A stretch of 59,678 nucleotides of DNA, the filler included. It is 5 parts of 5 records of this genome, joined end to end, with 100 filler letters (N's around TTAATTAATTAA, not from the genome) between each part and the next. Parts side by side here need not be neighbours in the genome. Positions count along the whole stretch, not along the records: positions 12,648 to 25,127 come from SRR22947727_2739; positions 25,228 to 32,209 come from SRR22947727_2748; 3 more parts are not named here. The stretch is one strand, 5' to 3'. Under the pieces are notes generated by a model. That model had not been told where the DNA came from and did not search any database. It saw nothing but the letters and a program-made list of their open reading frames with translations. Shown piece by piece: positions 20,916 to 32,209 of this stretch. The position numbers and the translations under genes were made by a program. Positions within the stretch are counted from its first letter, which is position 1; every line of letters starts with the position of its first letter.

Positions 20916-21785
20916 TTACTTGCTATTAGGGCTTTTTAAGAATTTAAAGAAATCAGAATTCGGATCAAGCACTAAGATATCGTCCTTACCTCTGAAACTT
21001 TTTCTGTAAGCTTCCAGGCTTCTAAAAAAATCATAAAAATCTTGGTTTTTAGAAAACGCTTCCGCATAAATTTTTGCTGCGGTGGCATCGCCCTCACCCT
21101 TGATCTTTTGCGCATTTTTATAGGCTTCTGTAATGATAATATCTCTTTCTTTTTCTGCAACAGCCCTAATCTTTTCTGAATCTGCAAAACCCTGAGATCT
21201 TAATTCATTAGCAACTGACTTTCTTTCAGCATTCATTCTTTGATAAACAGATTGACTAACCTCTTCGGGGAGGTCAACACGTCTTAATCTCACATCTAAG
21301 ATTTCGACACCAATTAATCGAGATTCCTTGTCTGCTCTTTCTTGTAAAATGCCCATAATTTCTGACCTTTGGCCAGAAACTACTTCTTGAATTGTTCTTT
21401 TACCAAATTCAGCTCGAAGACCGTCGTTAACAGTTTGAGTTATTCTTCGCTCTGCTTGTCTTTCATCTCCATTGACTGATACATAGTACTTTGAGGGATC
21501 AATTATTTTCCATTTGATATAAGAATCCACCAATACATTTTTTTTCTCACTGGTAATAAATCTATCAGGTTGATCAGATTCATAAGTTAAAATTCTTTTA
21601 TCGAAAAACCTCACATTTTCAACAATTGGTGTTTTAAAATAAAGACCCGGATCTGATTTAACCGCGACAATTTCTCCAAGCCTGAAGACTAATGCATATT
21701 GTCTTTGGTCAACCGTGAAAGTTGATAAGCTTAATAAGATTAATAAAGCGATGAATGAAACAAGTATTCTTGAAAGTTTTCCCAT
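20916..21785 (-). CDS. hflC: FtsH modulator HflC
   Basis: SPFH domain, FITSEKKNVLVDS, RMNAER, RSLEAY. Confidence 0.96.
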   Translation of the reverse strand: MGKLSRILVSFIALLILLSLSTFTVDQRQYALVFRLGEIVAVKSDPGLYFKTPIVENVRFFDKRILTYESDQPDRFITSEKKNVLVDSYIKWKIIDPSKYYVSVNGDERQAERRITQTVNDGLRAEFGKRTIQEVVSGQRSEIMGILQERADKESRLIGVEILDVRLRRVDLPEEVSQSVYQRMNAERKSVANELRSQGFADSEKIRAVAEKERDIIITEAYKNAQKIKGEGDATAAKIYAEAFSKNQDFYDFFRSLEAYRKSFRGKDDILVLDPNSDFFKFLKSPNSK

Positions 21786-21790
21786 AATAT

Positions 21791-23041
21791 TTACCTTATA
21801 TCTCTTTCACGCGCCCTAAATGCACCTCTGGAGCGATCTGTTAATGAATTAATCACATCTGATGCGGATACATCAGGGTTTGTTTGATTTGATGCTTTGT
21901 TTAAATCAACTTGGCTATCTTCAGTTTTACTTGAATTTTGAATGATTTTATCAAGTGGAAGATAGATTAAGCTATTTGAGCCTTTCTGATCAATAATAAT
22001 TTTACTTACTGTTGACATGATTTGCTCTTGGGTTTCTAGAAACAATCTTTTTTTCGTCACTTCAGGAGCCCTAGTGTATTCAGTTAAAATTTGATCAAAA
22101 CGACTCGCATTACCCAATGCTTCATTTTCTATAGATATCTTATAACCGTTCGCTTCAGCGGTTAATCTTGATGCAGTACCCCTTGCTTTAGGCACTATGT
22201 CATTTGCATAAGCTTGACCTTCATTTTTTTGCCTCTCAAGGTCTTGTTTAGCTTTGACGGCGTCGTCAAAGGCTGCTTGAACTTGTTGCGGTGGTTGTGC
22301 ATTTTGCATTGTTACGCTGGTAATATTAATTCCCGTTTGGTAAAGATCAAGTATTGATTGCATCAAAGCTTTTGTTTTTATGGCAATTTCTTCTCTTCCT
22401 TCATATAAAACAAAATCCATTTCGCTTTTACCGACAACCTCTCTAATCGCCGTTTCTGCAGCACCTCTAACTGATCCTTCTACTGAGCGATTATTGAAAA
22501 GAAAGTCTTCGACAGATTTTAAATTATATTGAACAGCGAATTGCAGATCAATAATGTTTTCATCACCCGTTAGCATCAATGATTCTTTGAGTTGTTGCGT
22601 TGCTCCCTCACCAAGCGAACGATATCCTACTTCTATAGTACGTACTTGCTCTTGGTTAACAATTTCTACAGTTTCTATTGGATAAGGAATATGCCATCTA
22701 GGGCCCGGCATTGTAACAGCGGTGTTCTCACCAAACGTGAGTACAATTCCTCTTGAACCTTGATCAACAATATAAAACCCCGTTGCCATCCACACTAAAA
22801 AAACTACGATAATAATGGGTAAAGGCTTTACCATAAAAGAATCACCTGAACCGCCCGTTGGAGGTTGAGATCCATTGCCATTATTAGAATTCTTTGGTTT
22901 AAGTTTAAAGACATTGTTCACTTTTGATTTAAGGTCTTTAAAAAGCTCATCTAAATCAGGTGGCCCATCATTGTTAGCGCTCTTAATTACTTTTGAAATT
23001 TTGTTCCCTACAAATCCGAATAATTTAAGCATATTTTCCAT
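21791..23041 (-). CDS. hflK: FtsH modulator HflK
   Basis: GPPDLDE, MLTGDENI, VQAAFDDAVKA, YLPLDK. Confidence 0.96.
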   Translation of the reverse strand: MENMLKLFGFVGNKISKVIKSANNDGPPDLDELFKDLKSKVNNVFKLKPKNSNNGNGSQPPTGGSGDSFMVKPLPIIIVVFLVWMATGFYIVDQGSRGIVLTFGENTAVTMPGPRWHIPYPIETVEIVNQEQVRTIEVGYRSLGEGATQQLKESLMLTGDENIIDLQFAVQYNLKSVEDFLFNNRSVEGSVRGAAETAIREVVGKSEMDFVLYEGREEIAIKTKALMQSILDLYQTGINITSVTMQNAQPPQQVQAAFDDAVKAKQDLERQKNEGQAYANDIVPKARGTASRLTAEANGYKISIENEALGNASRFDQILTEYTRAPEVTKKRLFLETQEQIMSTVSKIIIDQKGSNSLIYLPLDKIIQNSSKTEDSQVDLNKASNQTNPDVSASDVINSLTDRSRGAFRARERDIR

Positions 23042-24146
23042 TTCTTTGATTGATAAAGTCTAGACTTCTTTCGACAATTGCTTTCTTTAAAAATTCAACT
23101 CCATCACCCTTGATGGCTGATAATTGAATTCGGTTGATTTTACCATACTCGTCTCTATCATATCCAGCATTAAGCTTAATTTTATCTATTTGGTTTAAAA
23201 CTAAAACTTGTTGTATATTATTGGCACCAATTTCTTCCAAAATTTTATCTACCTGCGTTATTTGGTCACTTTTATTGGGATTACTAATATCAACAATATG
23301 AAGCAGTAAATCAGCGTCTGAAGCTTCCTCTAAGGTTGATTTGAATGCTTCAATTAAAGTAGTGGGGAGTTGTTTTATGAATCCAACTGTATCAGAAATA
23401 ACAAGGTCATGCCCATGCTCAATAAACAATTTTCTTGAGGTTGTATCCAATGTCGCAAATAATTTGTTTTCAGCTAATATTTTTTCACTCGTTAAATAAT
23501 TAAAAAGAGTTGATTTTCCTGCGTTTGTATAGCCTACAATCGCAATGGTAAAAACTTTTGATCTTCTTCGTGCATTCCTTTGATTTGCTCTCTGCCTCTC
23601 TAGCTTAGATAACTTAATCTTTAGTTGTTTAATTCTTTGCCCCAACATTCTTCTATCAAGCTCAATTTGCTTTTCGCCAGGACCACCCCTGACACCAATC
23701 CCTCCTTTTTGTCTCTCAAGGTGACTCCAGCCTTTTGTGAGTCTTGAGGCAAGATGATTTAAGTGTGCCAACTCAACTTGCATTTTACCTTCGTGACTCT
23801 TGGCACGCATTGCAAATATAAACAAAATCAATGCTGTTCTATCATAAACACGCATAGAGGTTATTTTTTCGATATTTCTTTCCTGAGATGGTGTTAGCTC
23901 ATGATTAAAAATGATGGTCGTAATCTTTTCAGAAGTATTAATTAGTAAGAGCTCTTTTAACTTTCCTGAGCCTATAAAAAATTTAGCATCGGGAAGTTTT
24001 CTTTGACTTTCAACTAGTTCTGCAATTTTAAAACCTGCACTTGTTGCGAGCAGTTTAAATTCATTCGTATTTTCTTTATGATCTATATCATCAATATTCA
24101 GACTTACCAAAATTGCATTCTCACCATTCTTTGGTCTATCAAACAT
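23025..24146 (-). CDS. hflX: GTPase HflX
   Basis: GPGEKQIELDRR, GYTNAGKST, LFATLD, DTVGF. Confidence 0.96.
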   Translation of the reverse strand: MFDRPKNGENAILVSLNIDDIDHKENTNEFKLLATSAGFKIAELVESQRKLPDAKFFIGSGKLKELLLINTSEKITTIIFNHELTPSQERNIEKITSMRVYDRTALILFIFAMRAKSHEGKMQVELAHLNHLASRLTKGWSHLERQKGGIGVRGGPGEKQIELDRRMLGQRIKQLKIKLSKLERQRANQRNARRRSKVFTIAIVGYTNAGKSTLFNYLTSEKILAENKLFATLDTTSRKLFIEHGHDLVISDTVGFIKQLPTTLIEAFKSTLEEASDADLLLHIVDISNPNKSDQITQVDKILEEIGANNIQQVLVLNQIDKIKLNAGYDRDEYGKINRIQLSAIKGDGVEFLKKAIVERSLDFINQRNGKYA

Positions 24147-24155
24147 CCTTATTAA

Positions 24156-24359
24156 TTAAGCTAGACTTACTTTCTTGGTGGGTACAATTGTTGAGATTGA
24201 ATGTTTATAAATTAGTTGTGGTGCTTGTCCATTTAACACAATGACAAATTGATCAAAGGAATGAATATTCCCTTGTAATTTAATACCATTCAAAAGATAA
24301 ATGGATACAGAAATATTTTCTTCTATTAATTTATTTAAAAAATTGTCTTGTAGTTGCAT
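24156..24359 (-). CDS. hfq: RNA chaperone Hfq (minimal, 67 aa)
   Basis: [31 protein letters not shown]; upstream of hflX. Confidence 0.93.
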   Translation of the reverse strand: MQLQDNFLNKLIEENISVSIYLLNGIKLQGNIHSFDQFVIVLNGQAPQLIYKHSISTIVPTKKVSLA

Positions 24360-24367
24360 ATATTTTT

Positions 24368-25127
24368 TTAAAGACAGTCGCTAAGTCTTTCCTTAACCTC
24401 ATCAATTCCTAGGATAAATATTATACTCCCTATATTTGGCGTATTTAAATTTCCAGCCAGCCTTACCCTCAGTGGCATCGCAATTTCTGGAAACTTTAGA
24501 TTATTATTTTTTACAAATAATTTTATAACTTGATTAATTTCATCCTCTTCCCACTTTGAATTTTGCAATTCACCAATTAGAGCTTTTATATTTTTTTTAC
24601 TATTAGAGTTTATAAATTTAGCTTCTAATTCTTCATCTCGATCTGGTTTTTTTAAAAAATAAATAATGTCTTCAAATAACTTATTTAAATTTGTTTCTCT
24701 ATCTCTATATAAATTAATTGCTTTAGCAATTAATTCGTTATTATCCATGGGTAAATTCATTTTTTTATAAATTTGGACTGCCATCTCTGTTAGTTTGTTT
24801 ATATCCATTGATTTTATATACTCACCATTGAGCCAATCAAGTTTTGCTTTATCGAACTGTGCTGATGAAGAAGTTACATGCTCAAAATCAAACCAGTTAC
24901 AAAAGTCTTCCATGGAAAATTTTTCATCATCTCCGTGTGACCACCCTAGCCTGGAAAGGTAGTTATTTAGTGTCTCAGGTAGGTATCCCTCCTCCTTATA
25001 TTGCATCACATTGACTGAACCGTGTCTTTTTGAAAGCTTTTGTCCATCGGGTCCGTGAATCATCGACAAATGTGCATAATTTGGTATGGGTGCATTTAAT
25101 GCATTAAGTAAGTTTATTTGCTTAGGG
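24368..25127 (-). CDS. gltX: Glutamate--tRNA ligase, 5'-truncated at contig end
   Basis: Frame open to the linker; [27 protein letters not shown]. Confidence 0.93.
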
Positions 25128-25227
25128 NNNNNNNNNNNNNNNNNNNNNNNNNNNNNNNNNNNNNNNNNNNNTTAATTAATTAANNNNNNNNNNNNNNNNN
25201 NNNNNNNNNNNNNNNNNNNNNNNNNNN
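25128..25227. other. Artificial contig linker
   Basis: N44-TTAATTAATTAA-N44. Confidence 0.98.
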
Positions 25228-25294
25228 GCCCGCCCAGGCAGGCGCTGCCCTCATTTCATGGTGAAATGGTGTTTTGCAGAGATCTTAGGGAGAG

Positions 25295-25371
25295 TGGTCG
25301 GGGCGGCGAGATTCGAACTCACGACCCCCTGTACCCAAAACAGGTGCGCTACCAGACTGCGCCACGCCCCG
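25295..25371 (-). tRNA. tRNA-Pro(TGG)
   Basis: Reverse complement CGGGGCGTGGCGCAGTCTGGTAGCGCACCTGT-TTTGGGT-ACAGG...GTTCGAATC...CGCCCCGACCA; cloverleaf with encoded CCA. Confidence 0.96.
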
Positions 25372-25418
25372 ACACTGCGGCTTCTTTAGGCAATTGGATT
25401 GAGAAAGAAAAGGGGTTT

Positions 25419-25889
25419 TCACACACAGCCGGGGGTTTTTTCGTCTCCGGCCAATCTCGCATGGCTCAAAACCGTATCCGGACCCATTTTCAGAGCTGAG
25501 GCCAGCCCAGCGTTGATCTCCAAAACATATTGCGCCGGCCCGGTGCTGCGCAATGGTGTCTCATCTCCGGGAATCGCATCTGCTCGAATATTGACCAGGC
25601 GACCGGCGGAATCAAAAAATAATATATCCAAGCCGATCAGCGTGTTTTTCATCCAAAAAGACAGGATGCGTTCGCGCTCATAGACAAACAGCATGGCGGA
25701 AAACTTGGCAAGCTGCGGCCTGTTCATCAAGCCGCGCGCCCGCTCAGCCTCATCATCCATCACTTCGACTTGAAATTTAGCGCTGCCCCAAGGGCCTGAC
25801 AGGTGGACGTGACCTTCGTTGCAATCCGCGGCGCCGATGCTGCCCATGAAACAGACAAACGCAGCGAGAATTACACTGTATCGGATCAT
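25419..25889 (-). CDS. DUF192 family exported protein
   Basis: Signal peptide, RARGLM, FWMKNT..LDILF, VLEINAG. Confidence 0.92.
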   Translation of the reverse strand: MIRYSVILAAFVCFMGSIGAADCNEGHVHLSGPWGSAKFQVEVMDDEAERARGLMNRPQLAKFSAMLFVYERERILSFWMKNTLIGLDILFFDSAGRLVNIRADAIPGDETPLRSTGPAQYVLEINAGLASALKMGPDTVLSHARLAGDEKTPGCV

Positions 25890-26416
25890 TCTACCTGCGC
25901 CGCCTCCCAGCTTAGGATCGCCACGGCCATCAGGCCCCGCTCACCCTCAACAACTCTCAGGGCCACCCCTTCACCTGCAACCAAACCCGAAAGGCCAAAG
26001 CGGCGCAAGACATCTATATGCACAAATATGTCGGCCGACTTTCCGAAGACATTGGCAAACCCGAAGCCCTTGGCCTTATCAAACCATTTGATCCGCCCCG
26101 GCTGCAGCTCAATCTCTGACAGGGCCACGTCATCCAGCGCGTCCATTTCTCCATAGCCAAACGTGTTAAATAACCTGGGAGAGGCAACGGATAAGACCTC
26201 AGAAGCTTGGATGCCGCGATCGGAGCGATGGGCAATGACTTTGATCTCAACGCCGTCGGCAATCGAACTTTGCCCAAAATTGCGCAGCACATTGGCATGC
26301 AACAAAATATCCATATCTATTTCATCGGAAACGATGAAACCAAAGCCTTTTACGGGATCAAACCACTTAATTGTTCCGGTAAGCGTCAAACCGCCATCAA
26401 CAGTGTCTCGGGACAT
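25886..26416 (-). CDS. Tandem cold-shock-domain protein
   Basis: Two KWF...KGFGF RNP1 motifs with DILLH/DIFVH. Confidence 0.92.
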   Translation of the reverse strand: MSRDTVDGGLTLTGTIKWFDPVKGFGFIVSDEIDMDILLHANVLRNFGQSSIADGVEIKVIAHRSDRGIQASEVLSVASPRLFNTFGYGEMDALDDVALSEIELQPGRIKWFDKAKGFGFANVFGKSADIFVHIDVLRRFGLSGLVAGEGVALRVVEGERGLMAVAILSWEAAQVE

Positions 26417-26631
26417 GTTTATCTTTCAGTAATTAAATTAAACAATTTCAAATATCTAATACTTAACGCATTCTATCGTAAATTAATTTAGAGCCGCGCT
26501 CAACCACATATGCACTGCAGCAGCGCAAAATTTCGCGCGCAAATACCCTATATGCGCTTGAACTGGCGCTTCTGGTCTTATGGGCAACACGCGATGATCG
26601 CCATCTTATGCCGCCCACACATCAATACGGC

Positions 26632-27237
26632 CTAAGGGTAAAGACGTTGTACGTCCCATGCCGCCTCTGGCGTTGATCGTGTCCATCGGAAGCGGTCATG
26701 TAAACGCGCCTCCCCATCGGCCCAAAATTCTAACTCAACAGGCGTGATGCGAATCCCACCCCAAAAACCTGGCCGCGTGACAGAATCGCCCTGCTCTGCG
26801 CGCACCGCTTCCACGCGGTCCATCAAAACTTGCCGCGACTCGAGCGGTTGCGACTGGACCGAGGTCACAGCGCCGATCCGTGATAGAGGCGACCGGCTCA
26901 TGAAATAATCATCCGCCAGCGGGCCATCTTCCCGCTCCACAAAGCCGCGACACCGGATTTGTCGGCGCAGAGATTTCCAGTGGATGACAAAGGCCGCACG
27001 GCCGGCTTCAAAGGCCTCTTGGGCCTTTGTGCTCTCGTAATTGGTATAAAAGACAAAACCGCCATCTTCGATAGATTTGAGCAATACAATCCGCGCATTG
27101 GGCATGCCGTTCCTGTCAACTGTCGACAGTGCCATAGCGTTGGGATCATTCAACTCCCCGGCCTCTGCGGCGCTCATCCAATCGCGCGCCAATGCAAAGG
27201 GATCGTTGCCTTCGAAAATTCCAGTTCTTTTTTCCAT
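26632..27237 (-). CDS. pdxH: Pyridoxine/pyridoxamine 5'-phosphate oxidase
   Basis: [24 protein letters not shown]...RLHDR, RLYP; start at MEKRTG avoids overlap with fabI. Confidence 0.95.
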   Translation of the reverse strand: MEKRTGIFEGNDPFALARDWMSAAEAGELNDPNAMALSTVDRNGMPNARIVLLKSIEDGGFVFYTNYESTKAQEAFEAGRAAFVIHWKSLRRQIRCRGFVEREDGPLADDYFMSRSPLSRIGAVTSVQSQPLESRQVLMDRVEAVRAEQGDSVTRPGFWGGIRITPVELEFWADGEARLHDRFRWTRSTPEAAWDVQRLYP

Positions 27238-27319
27238 GTCAGAAGTAGCCTTTGGGTTGATGCACAGGGGGTGTTCGCTTAGACCATTCATAATATAATT
27301 TTCGATGGGGGAAAGTCCA

Positions 27320-28108
27320 ATGGGGCTGATGACCGGAAAACGTGGCCTGATCATGGGCCTGGCCAATGATAAATCGATTGCCTGGGGCATCGCTGAGGCT
27401 TTGCAGGCCGAGGGTGCGCAGATCGGTGTGACCTATGTCGGGGACGCGATGAAAAAGCGCGTTTTGCCACTGGCCGAACAGCTCAACGCGACCATCGTCG
27501 CAGAATGTGACGCCGGGGACCCGGCCTCTATCGCCGCTTTGATGAAGCAAGCAAAAGAGGCATGGGGCCAGATAGACTTTATCGTGCACGCCATTGGTTT
27601 TTCAGATAAATCCGAGTTGCGCGGGCAATACATCAATACATCGCGGGACAATTTCCTAATGACGATGGATATTTCCGCCTATTCCTTCACCGCCATTTTG
27701 CAAGCGGCGCAAGGGTTATTGGCGCCCGGCGCATCCTGCCTGACCATGACCTATTACGGCGCGGAAAAAGTTATGCCCAATTACAATGTTATGGGCGTGG
27801 CGAAGGCAGCTTTGGAAGCCTCGGTGCGCTATTTGGCCGAGGACTTGGGGCGCTACAATATCCGCGTCAACGCGATCTCAGCGGGAACCATCAAAACCCT
27901 AGCCGCCTCCGGCATCGGCGATTTTCGCGAGATTATGAAATGGAATGAAACCAACAGCCCGTTGCGCCGCACTGTGACCCAGGCGGAAGTCGGAAAATCG
28001 GCTCTTTATCTGCTGTCAGACCTCGGATCTGGTGTGACGGGAGAAATCTTGCATGTGGATGCCGGCTATCATGTCATCGGAATGAAGGGTCTCGAGCTGC
28101 CTGAATAG
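27320..28108 (+). CDS. fabI: Enoyl-ACP reductase
   Basis: [39 protein letters not shown]. Confidence 0.96.
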   Translation: MGLMTGKRGLIMGLANDKSIAWGIAEALQAEGAQIGVTYVGDAMKKRVLPLAEQLNATIVAECDAGDPASIAALMKQAKEAWGQIDFIVHAIGFSDKSELRGQYINTSRDNFLMTMDISAYSFTAILQAAQGLLAPGASCLTMTYYGAEKVMPNYNVMGVAKAALEASVRYLAEDLGRYNIRVNAISAGTIKTLAASGIGDFREIMKWNETNSPLRRTVTQAEVGKSALYLLSDLGSGVTGEILHVDAGYHVIGMKGLELPE

Positions 28109-28141
28109 CAGGTAAAGCGATTTTTAAGGTAAGGAAACATC

Positions 28142-28645
28142 ATGTCAGATCGTCTACCACATGAAAAAGGCTTCCATGTCAGCTGGGATCAAATGCACCG
28201 AGATTCGCGGGCATTGGCCTGGCGTCTCGATGGCAAAGGCCCCGAAGATGGCGGATGGCGCGCGATTGTGGCGATTACACGCGGCGGCATGGCCCCTGCG
28301 ATGATTGTGGCGCGGGAATTGGACGTGCGCAATGTCGATACGGTCAGCGTGAAAAGTTATCACCATCAAGAACGCGCCGATGCCGTGATCCTCAAGGCAC
28401 CAGATGCAGAATTAATGGGCGATGGGACGGGTATTTTGGTCATTGATGATTTGGTTGACAGTGGGAAAACTCTGGAGCTGGTACGCTCAAAATATCCTAA
28501 GGCCCATTTCGCCACGGTCTATGCCAAACCGCAAGGCCGCCCTATGGTGGATACATTCATTACCGAAGTCAGCCAAGACACTTGGATCTTCTTTCCTTGG
28601 GATATGGCGTTGCAATATGTCCAACCTTATCGTGGGACCGATTGA
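28142..28645 (+). CDS. gpt: Xanthine/guanine phosphoribosyltransferase
   Basis: [24 protein letters not shown]. Confidence 0.94.
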   Translation: MSDRLPHEKGFHVSWDQMHRDSRALAWRLDGKGPEDGGWRAIVAITRGGMAPAMIVARELDVRNVDTVSVKSYHHQERADAVILKAPDAELMGDGTGILVIDDLVDSGKTLELVRSKYPKAHFATVYAKPQGRPMVDTFITEVSQDTWIFFPWDMALQYVQPYRGTD

Positions 28646-28693
28646 CCACCAAGGCTCAAGAGGGGCTCCATAACTGTACAGAGAGGTCAGCCG

Positions 28694-29629
28694 ATGCGCC
28701 GCGACATCATTATTGACACGGATCCCGGCCAAGATGATGCGGTGGCAATCTTGCTGGCCTTGGCGTCTGAGGAACTTAACGTTCTGGGACTGACCTGCGT
28801 TGCGGGCAATGTCCCTTTGGAGCGCACCAGCTACAACGCGCGGCAGGTCTGCGAATTGGCAGGTCGCGCCGATGTGCCAGTGTTTGCCGGCTGTGACCGC
28901 CCGATGGGTCGCGGTTTGGTCACGGCAGAACATGTCCATGGCGACAGCGGATTGGATGGGGCGCCGCTCCCCGCGCCGGTGATGGAATTGCAAAGCACCC
29001 ACGCGGTAGATTTTATCATCAGCGCACTGCGCACAGCGCCGCCAAAGACCATCACACTCTGCCCCCTTGGCCCGCTGACCAATATCGCCACCGCCCTGCA
29101 ACGGGCGCCTGATATCGCCGAGCGCATCGCACAGGTTGTCTTGATGGGCGGGGCTTATTTTGAGGTTGGCAATATCACGCCCGCGGCTGAATTTAACATC
29201 TATGTTGACCCCGAAGCGGCGCAGCTGGTGTTTCGATCCGGTGTGGATTTGGTCGCAGCGCCTCTGGATGTGACGCATAAAGCTCTGACCACGCCAGCCT
29301 GGAGCGCCGCATTGCGGGCCAAAAACCATCCAGTCTGCGACGTGGTGGCCGGCTGGACAGAGTTCTTTGAGCGGTTTGATTCCGAGAAATATGGCTCCGA
29401 AGGCGCGCCGCTGCACGACCCATGCGTCATTGCCTATTTGATCGCGCCCGAGCTCTTCTCAGGGCGGAGGATCAATGTGGAAATTGAAATCCAATCCGAG
29501 TTGACCCGTGGCATGACAGTTGCCGATTGGTGGCGCGTCACGGATCGCCCGGCCAATGCGCTGTTTTTAGGCAATATTGATGCGACAGGCTATTTTGATC
29601 TCATCACTCAGCGCTTGGCGCGTTTGTGA
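28694..29629 (+). CDS. Nucleoside hydrolase (IU-NH/Rih family)
   Basis: DTDPGQDD, GPLTN, AEFNIYVDPEAA, LHDP. Confidence 0.94.
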   Translation: MRRDIIIDTDPGQDDAVAILLALASEELNVLGLTCVAGNVPLERTSYNARQVCELAGRADVPVFAGCDRPMGRGLVTAEHVHGDSGLDGAPLPAPVMELQSTHAVDFIISALRTAPPKTITLCPLGPLTNIATALQRAPDIAERIAQVVLMGGAYFEVGNITPAAEFNIYVDPEAAQLVFRSGVDLVAAPLDVTHKALTTPAWSAALRAKNHPVCDVVAGWTEFFERFDSEKYGSEGAPLHDPCVIAYLIAPELFSGRRINVEIEIQSELTRGMTVADWWRVTDRPANALFLGNIDATGYFDLITQRLARL

Positions 29630-31017
29630 TGCGGGCCAATTGGGACAATAGCTACGCAGCCCTGCCGCCGCAAATGTTCACCCGGCAAGCGCCTGTGCCG
29701 GTTGCGGACCCTCAGGGTTTGATGCTCAATACCGAACACGCCGAAGAACTTAGCATCAATTTTGATGAGGATTGGCCAGCGTTTATGGCGGGCAATCAAA
29801 TTCCTAAGGGCGCAGACCCGATAGCGCAGGCCTATGCCGGCCATCAATTTGGCCATTGGAACCCTCAGCTCGGCGATGGGCGCGCGGTTCTGCTCGGCGA
29901 GGTGATCGGGCCGCAAGGGCGCTTTGATGTTCAACTCAAAGGCGCCGGACGCACCGCCTGGTCGCGCAATGGCGATGGGCGGGCCTGGTATGGGCCGGTC
30001 TTGCGTGAATATTTGATCTCAGAAGCTATGCATGCACTCGGCATTCCCACCACCCGCGCCCTGGCGGCCGTGGCCACCGGCGAGACCATTCTGCGCGAGC
30101 AAGGCCCCCTGCCCGGCGCAATCATATGCAGAACGGCCTCAAGCCATATTCGGGTCGGTACATTTCAATATTTCGCCGCCCGCAATGATACCCAGGCGCT
30201 GGAAGCGCTCTTACAGCAAGCCCGGGCGCGCCACTATGGCGCGTCACAAACGGTCGAGCAATTTTTGAGCGCCGCCGTGGCCGCGCAAGCGCGCCTCATC
30301 GCGCAATGGATGGGCGTGGGCTTTATTCACGGCGTGATGAACACAGACAACAGCCATGTGGGAGGGATCACAATTGATTATGGCCCCTGTGCTTTTATGG
30401 ATGATTTTGTGCCGATGAAGACCTTCAGCTCCATTGATCGGCAGGGCCGCTATGCCTATAACAATCAGCCAAATTTGGCCGCTTGGAATATGGCTCAATT
30501 GGCGACGGCTTTGCTGCCCCTCACAGAGGATCGCGACGCCGCCGTCACCCGCTTTACCGAAATTGTGCAGGGCTTTGGCGACATATTCGACACTGAATAT
30601 GCAGCAGTTTTTGCCCGTAAGATCGGTTTGACACCAAACCAAGAGACGGGTGCGCTGATTGATGGTTTGCTCAAAATCATGGCCGATATCGGCGCAGATT
30701 TGACGCTGAGTTTCCGATCTTTGGCCCTGGGGGACGCTCATGCGCATTTGGGCGCACATCCTGATTTTACCGATTGGCACGCCCGTTGGCAGGCGGCTGG
30801 ACCGGCGCAGGCTGCGTTGGCGCAGGTTAACCCGGCCATCATCCCACGCAATCATCTGGTGGAAGCCATGATCGCTGATGCGGTTGCCGGTGACATGCAG
30901 CTGTTTCACGCGCTGCATACGGCCCTTAAGACGCCATATGCGCCCTGTGACACTGCAAGGTTCATCGCCGCCCCGAGCCCACAAGAGGCTGTAACACAAA
31001 CTTTTTGCGGCACCTAA
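29626..31017 (+). CDS. ydiU: YdiU/SelO protein adenylyltransferase
   Basis: YAGHQFG, LGDGRA, QLKGAG, GDGRA, HGVMNTDN, IDYGPC, TFCGT. Confidence 0.94.
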   Translation: MMRANWDNSYAALPPQMFTRQAPVPVADPQGLMLNTEHAEELSINFDEDWPAFMAGNQIPKGADPIAQAYAGHQFGHWNPQLGDGRAVLLGEVIGPQGRFDVQLKGAGRTAWSRNGDGRAWYGPVLREYLISEAMHALGIPTTRALAAVATGETILREQGPLPGAIICRTASSHIRVGTFQYFAARNDTQALEALLQQARARHYGASQTVEQFLSAAVAAQARLIAQWMGVGFIHGVMNTDNSHVGGITIDYGPCAFMDDFVPMKTFSSIDRQGRYAYNNQPNLAAWNMAQLATALLPLTEDRDAAVTRFTEIVQGFGDIFDTEYAAVFARKIGLTPNQETGALIDGLLKIMADIGADLTLSFRSLALGDAHAHLGAHPDFTDWHARWQAAGPAQAALAQVNPAIIPRNHLVEAMIADAVAGDMQLFHALHTALKTPYAPCDTARFIAAPSPQEAVTQTFCGT

Positions 31018-31063
31018 CGCGGCGCAGTGTAGAAAATTATCGCCCTCTATGCCATAAGCAGAT

Positions 31064-32209
31064 GTGACCTTTTTGCAAATCACCTCCGCCCTTATTGTTC
31101 TGGCCGACACATTTGCCGCGATCAATGCCATTTTTTTCCGCCTGCCCTCAGCAATTGGTATCTTAATCGTCTCGCTCCTGGCCTCTCTTGGGCTCCTCGG
31201 CCTTGATGCACTCTGGCCCGGTTTGCACCTGACCGCAGAGCTTCAACGGATGGTCGTCGCGTTTGATTTTTCAGATGCTTTACTTGAAGGGATGCTGGGC
31301 CTGCTTTTGTTTGCCGGTGCCCTGCATGTGAAATTTTCCGATCTCAAGGCCCATTGGGGTATTGTTATGCTCATGGCGACCATGGGGGTTTGCCTTTCGA
31401 CACTGGTTGCGGGGGTTGGATTTAGCTGGATCACCGGCGCTCCGCTGCTGATCGCTCTGGTCTTCGGCGCGCTGATTTCTCCAACCGATCCTGTGGCTGT
31501 CTTGGGAGTCTTGCGGGCGGCGAAGCTGCCCAAGTCGCTTGAGACCAAGATTGCCGGCGATAGCCTGTTTAATGACGGCGTTGGCTATGTGGTGTTTTTG
31601 GTTTTAGTGGGCCTGGCCTTTCCGGCCGCGGGTGCCCATGGTGCCAGCTTTGGCGATGCCGCCCTCTTGTTTTTCCGCGAAGCCTTTGGCGGGGCTGTTT
31701 TGGGTCTTGCTCTCGGTTGGGGCACCTATCGGGTGATGTGTGAGATTAATGACTATTCTGTCGAAGTCCTGCTGACGCTTGCGCTCGCCTTTGGCGGCTA
31801 TCAATTGGCGCTTTGGCTGCATGTCTCAGCCCCGATCATGGCCGTCTGCGCCGGGCTTTTGATCAGCGATGAGATGACGGCCCATGCCATGACGCAAAAA
31901 ACTCGGGACTATGTGGATGCGTTTTGGAAATTGCTCGATGAAATTTTGAATGCGATCCTCTTTCTCATGATCGGCTTAGAGGTCTTTGCCATCGCCTTCT
32001 CCATCGGCGCAATCACCGCAGGCCTGCTTGCAATCGGCCTGTCGCTTTTGGCCCGTTGGTGCGCGTTCATTGTGCCCATCATGGTTCTGCGCCCCTTTCG
32101 CGACTTCTCCCAGGGCATTGTGCCGATCATGACCTTGAAACAAGTGGAACGTGGTCACTGGAGCAATGAAGCGCCCACAGCACCAACTCAGCATCACCTG
32201 CGGCCTCTG
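31064..32209 (+). CDS. CPA1/NhaP-type Na+/H+ antiporter, truncated with an anomalous 3' end
   Basis: Many TM helices, SPTDPVAV, SLFNDG. Confidence 0.88.

Noticed and set aside
25228-25294. Island integrated at the tRNA-Pro 3' end
   Set aside because: Only 67 nt are visible before the linker; no integrase or repeat evidence.
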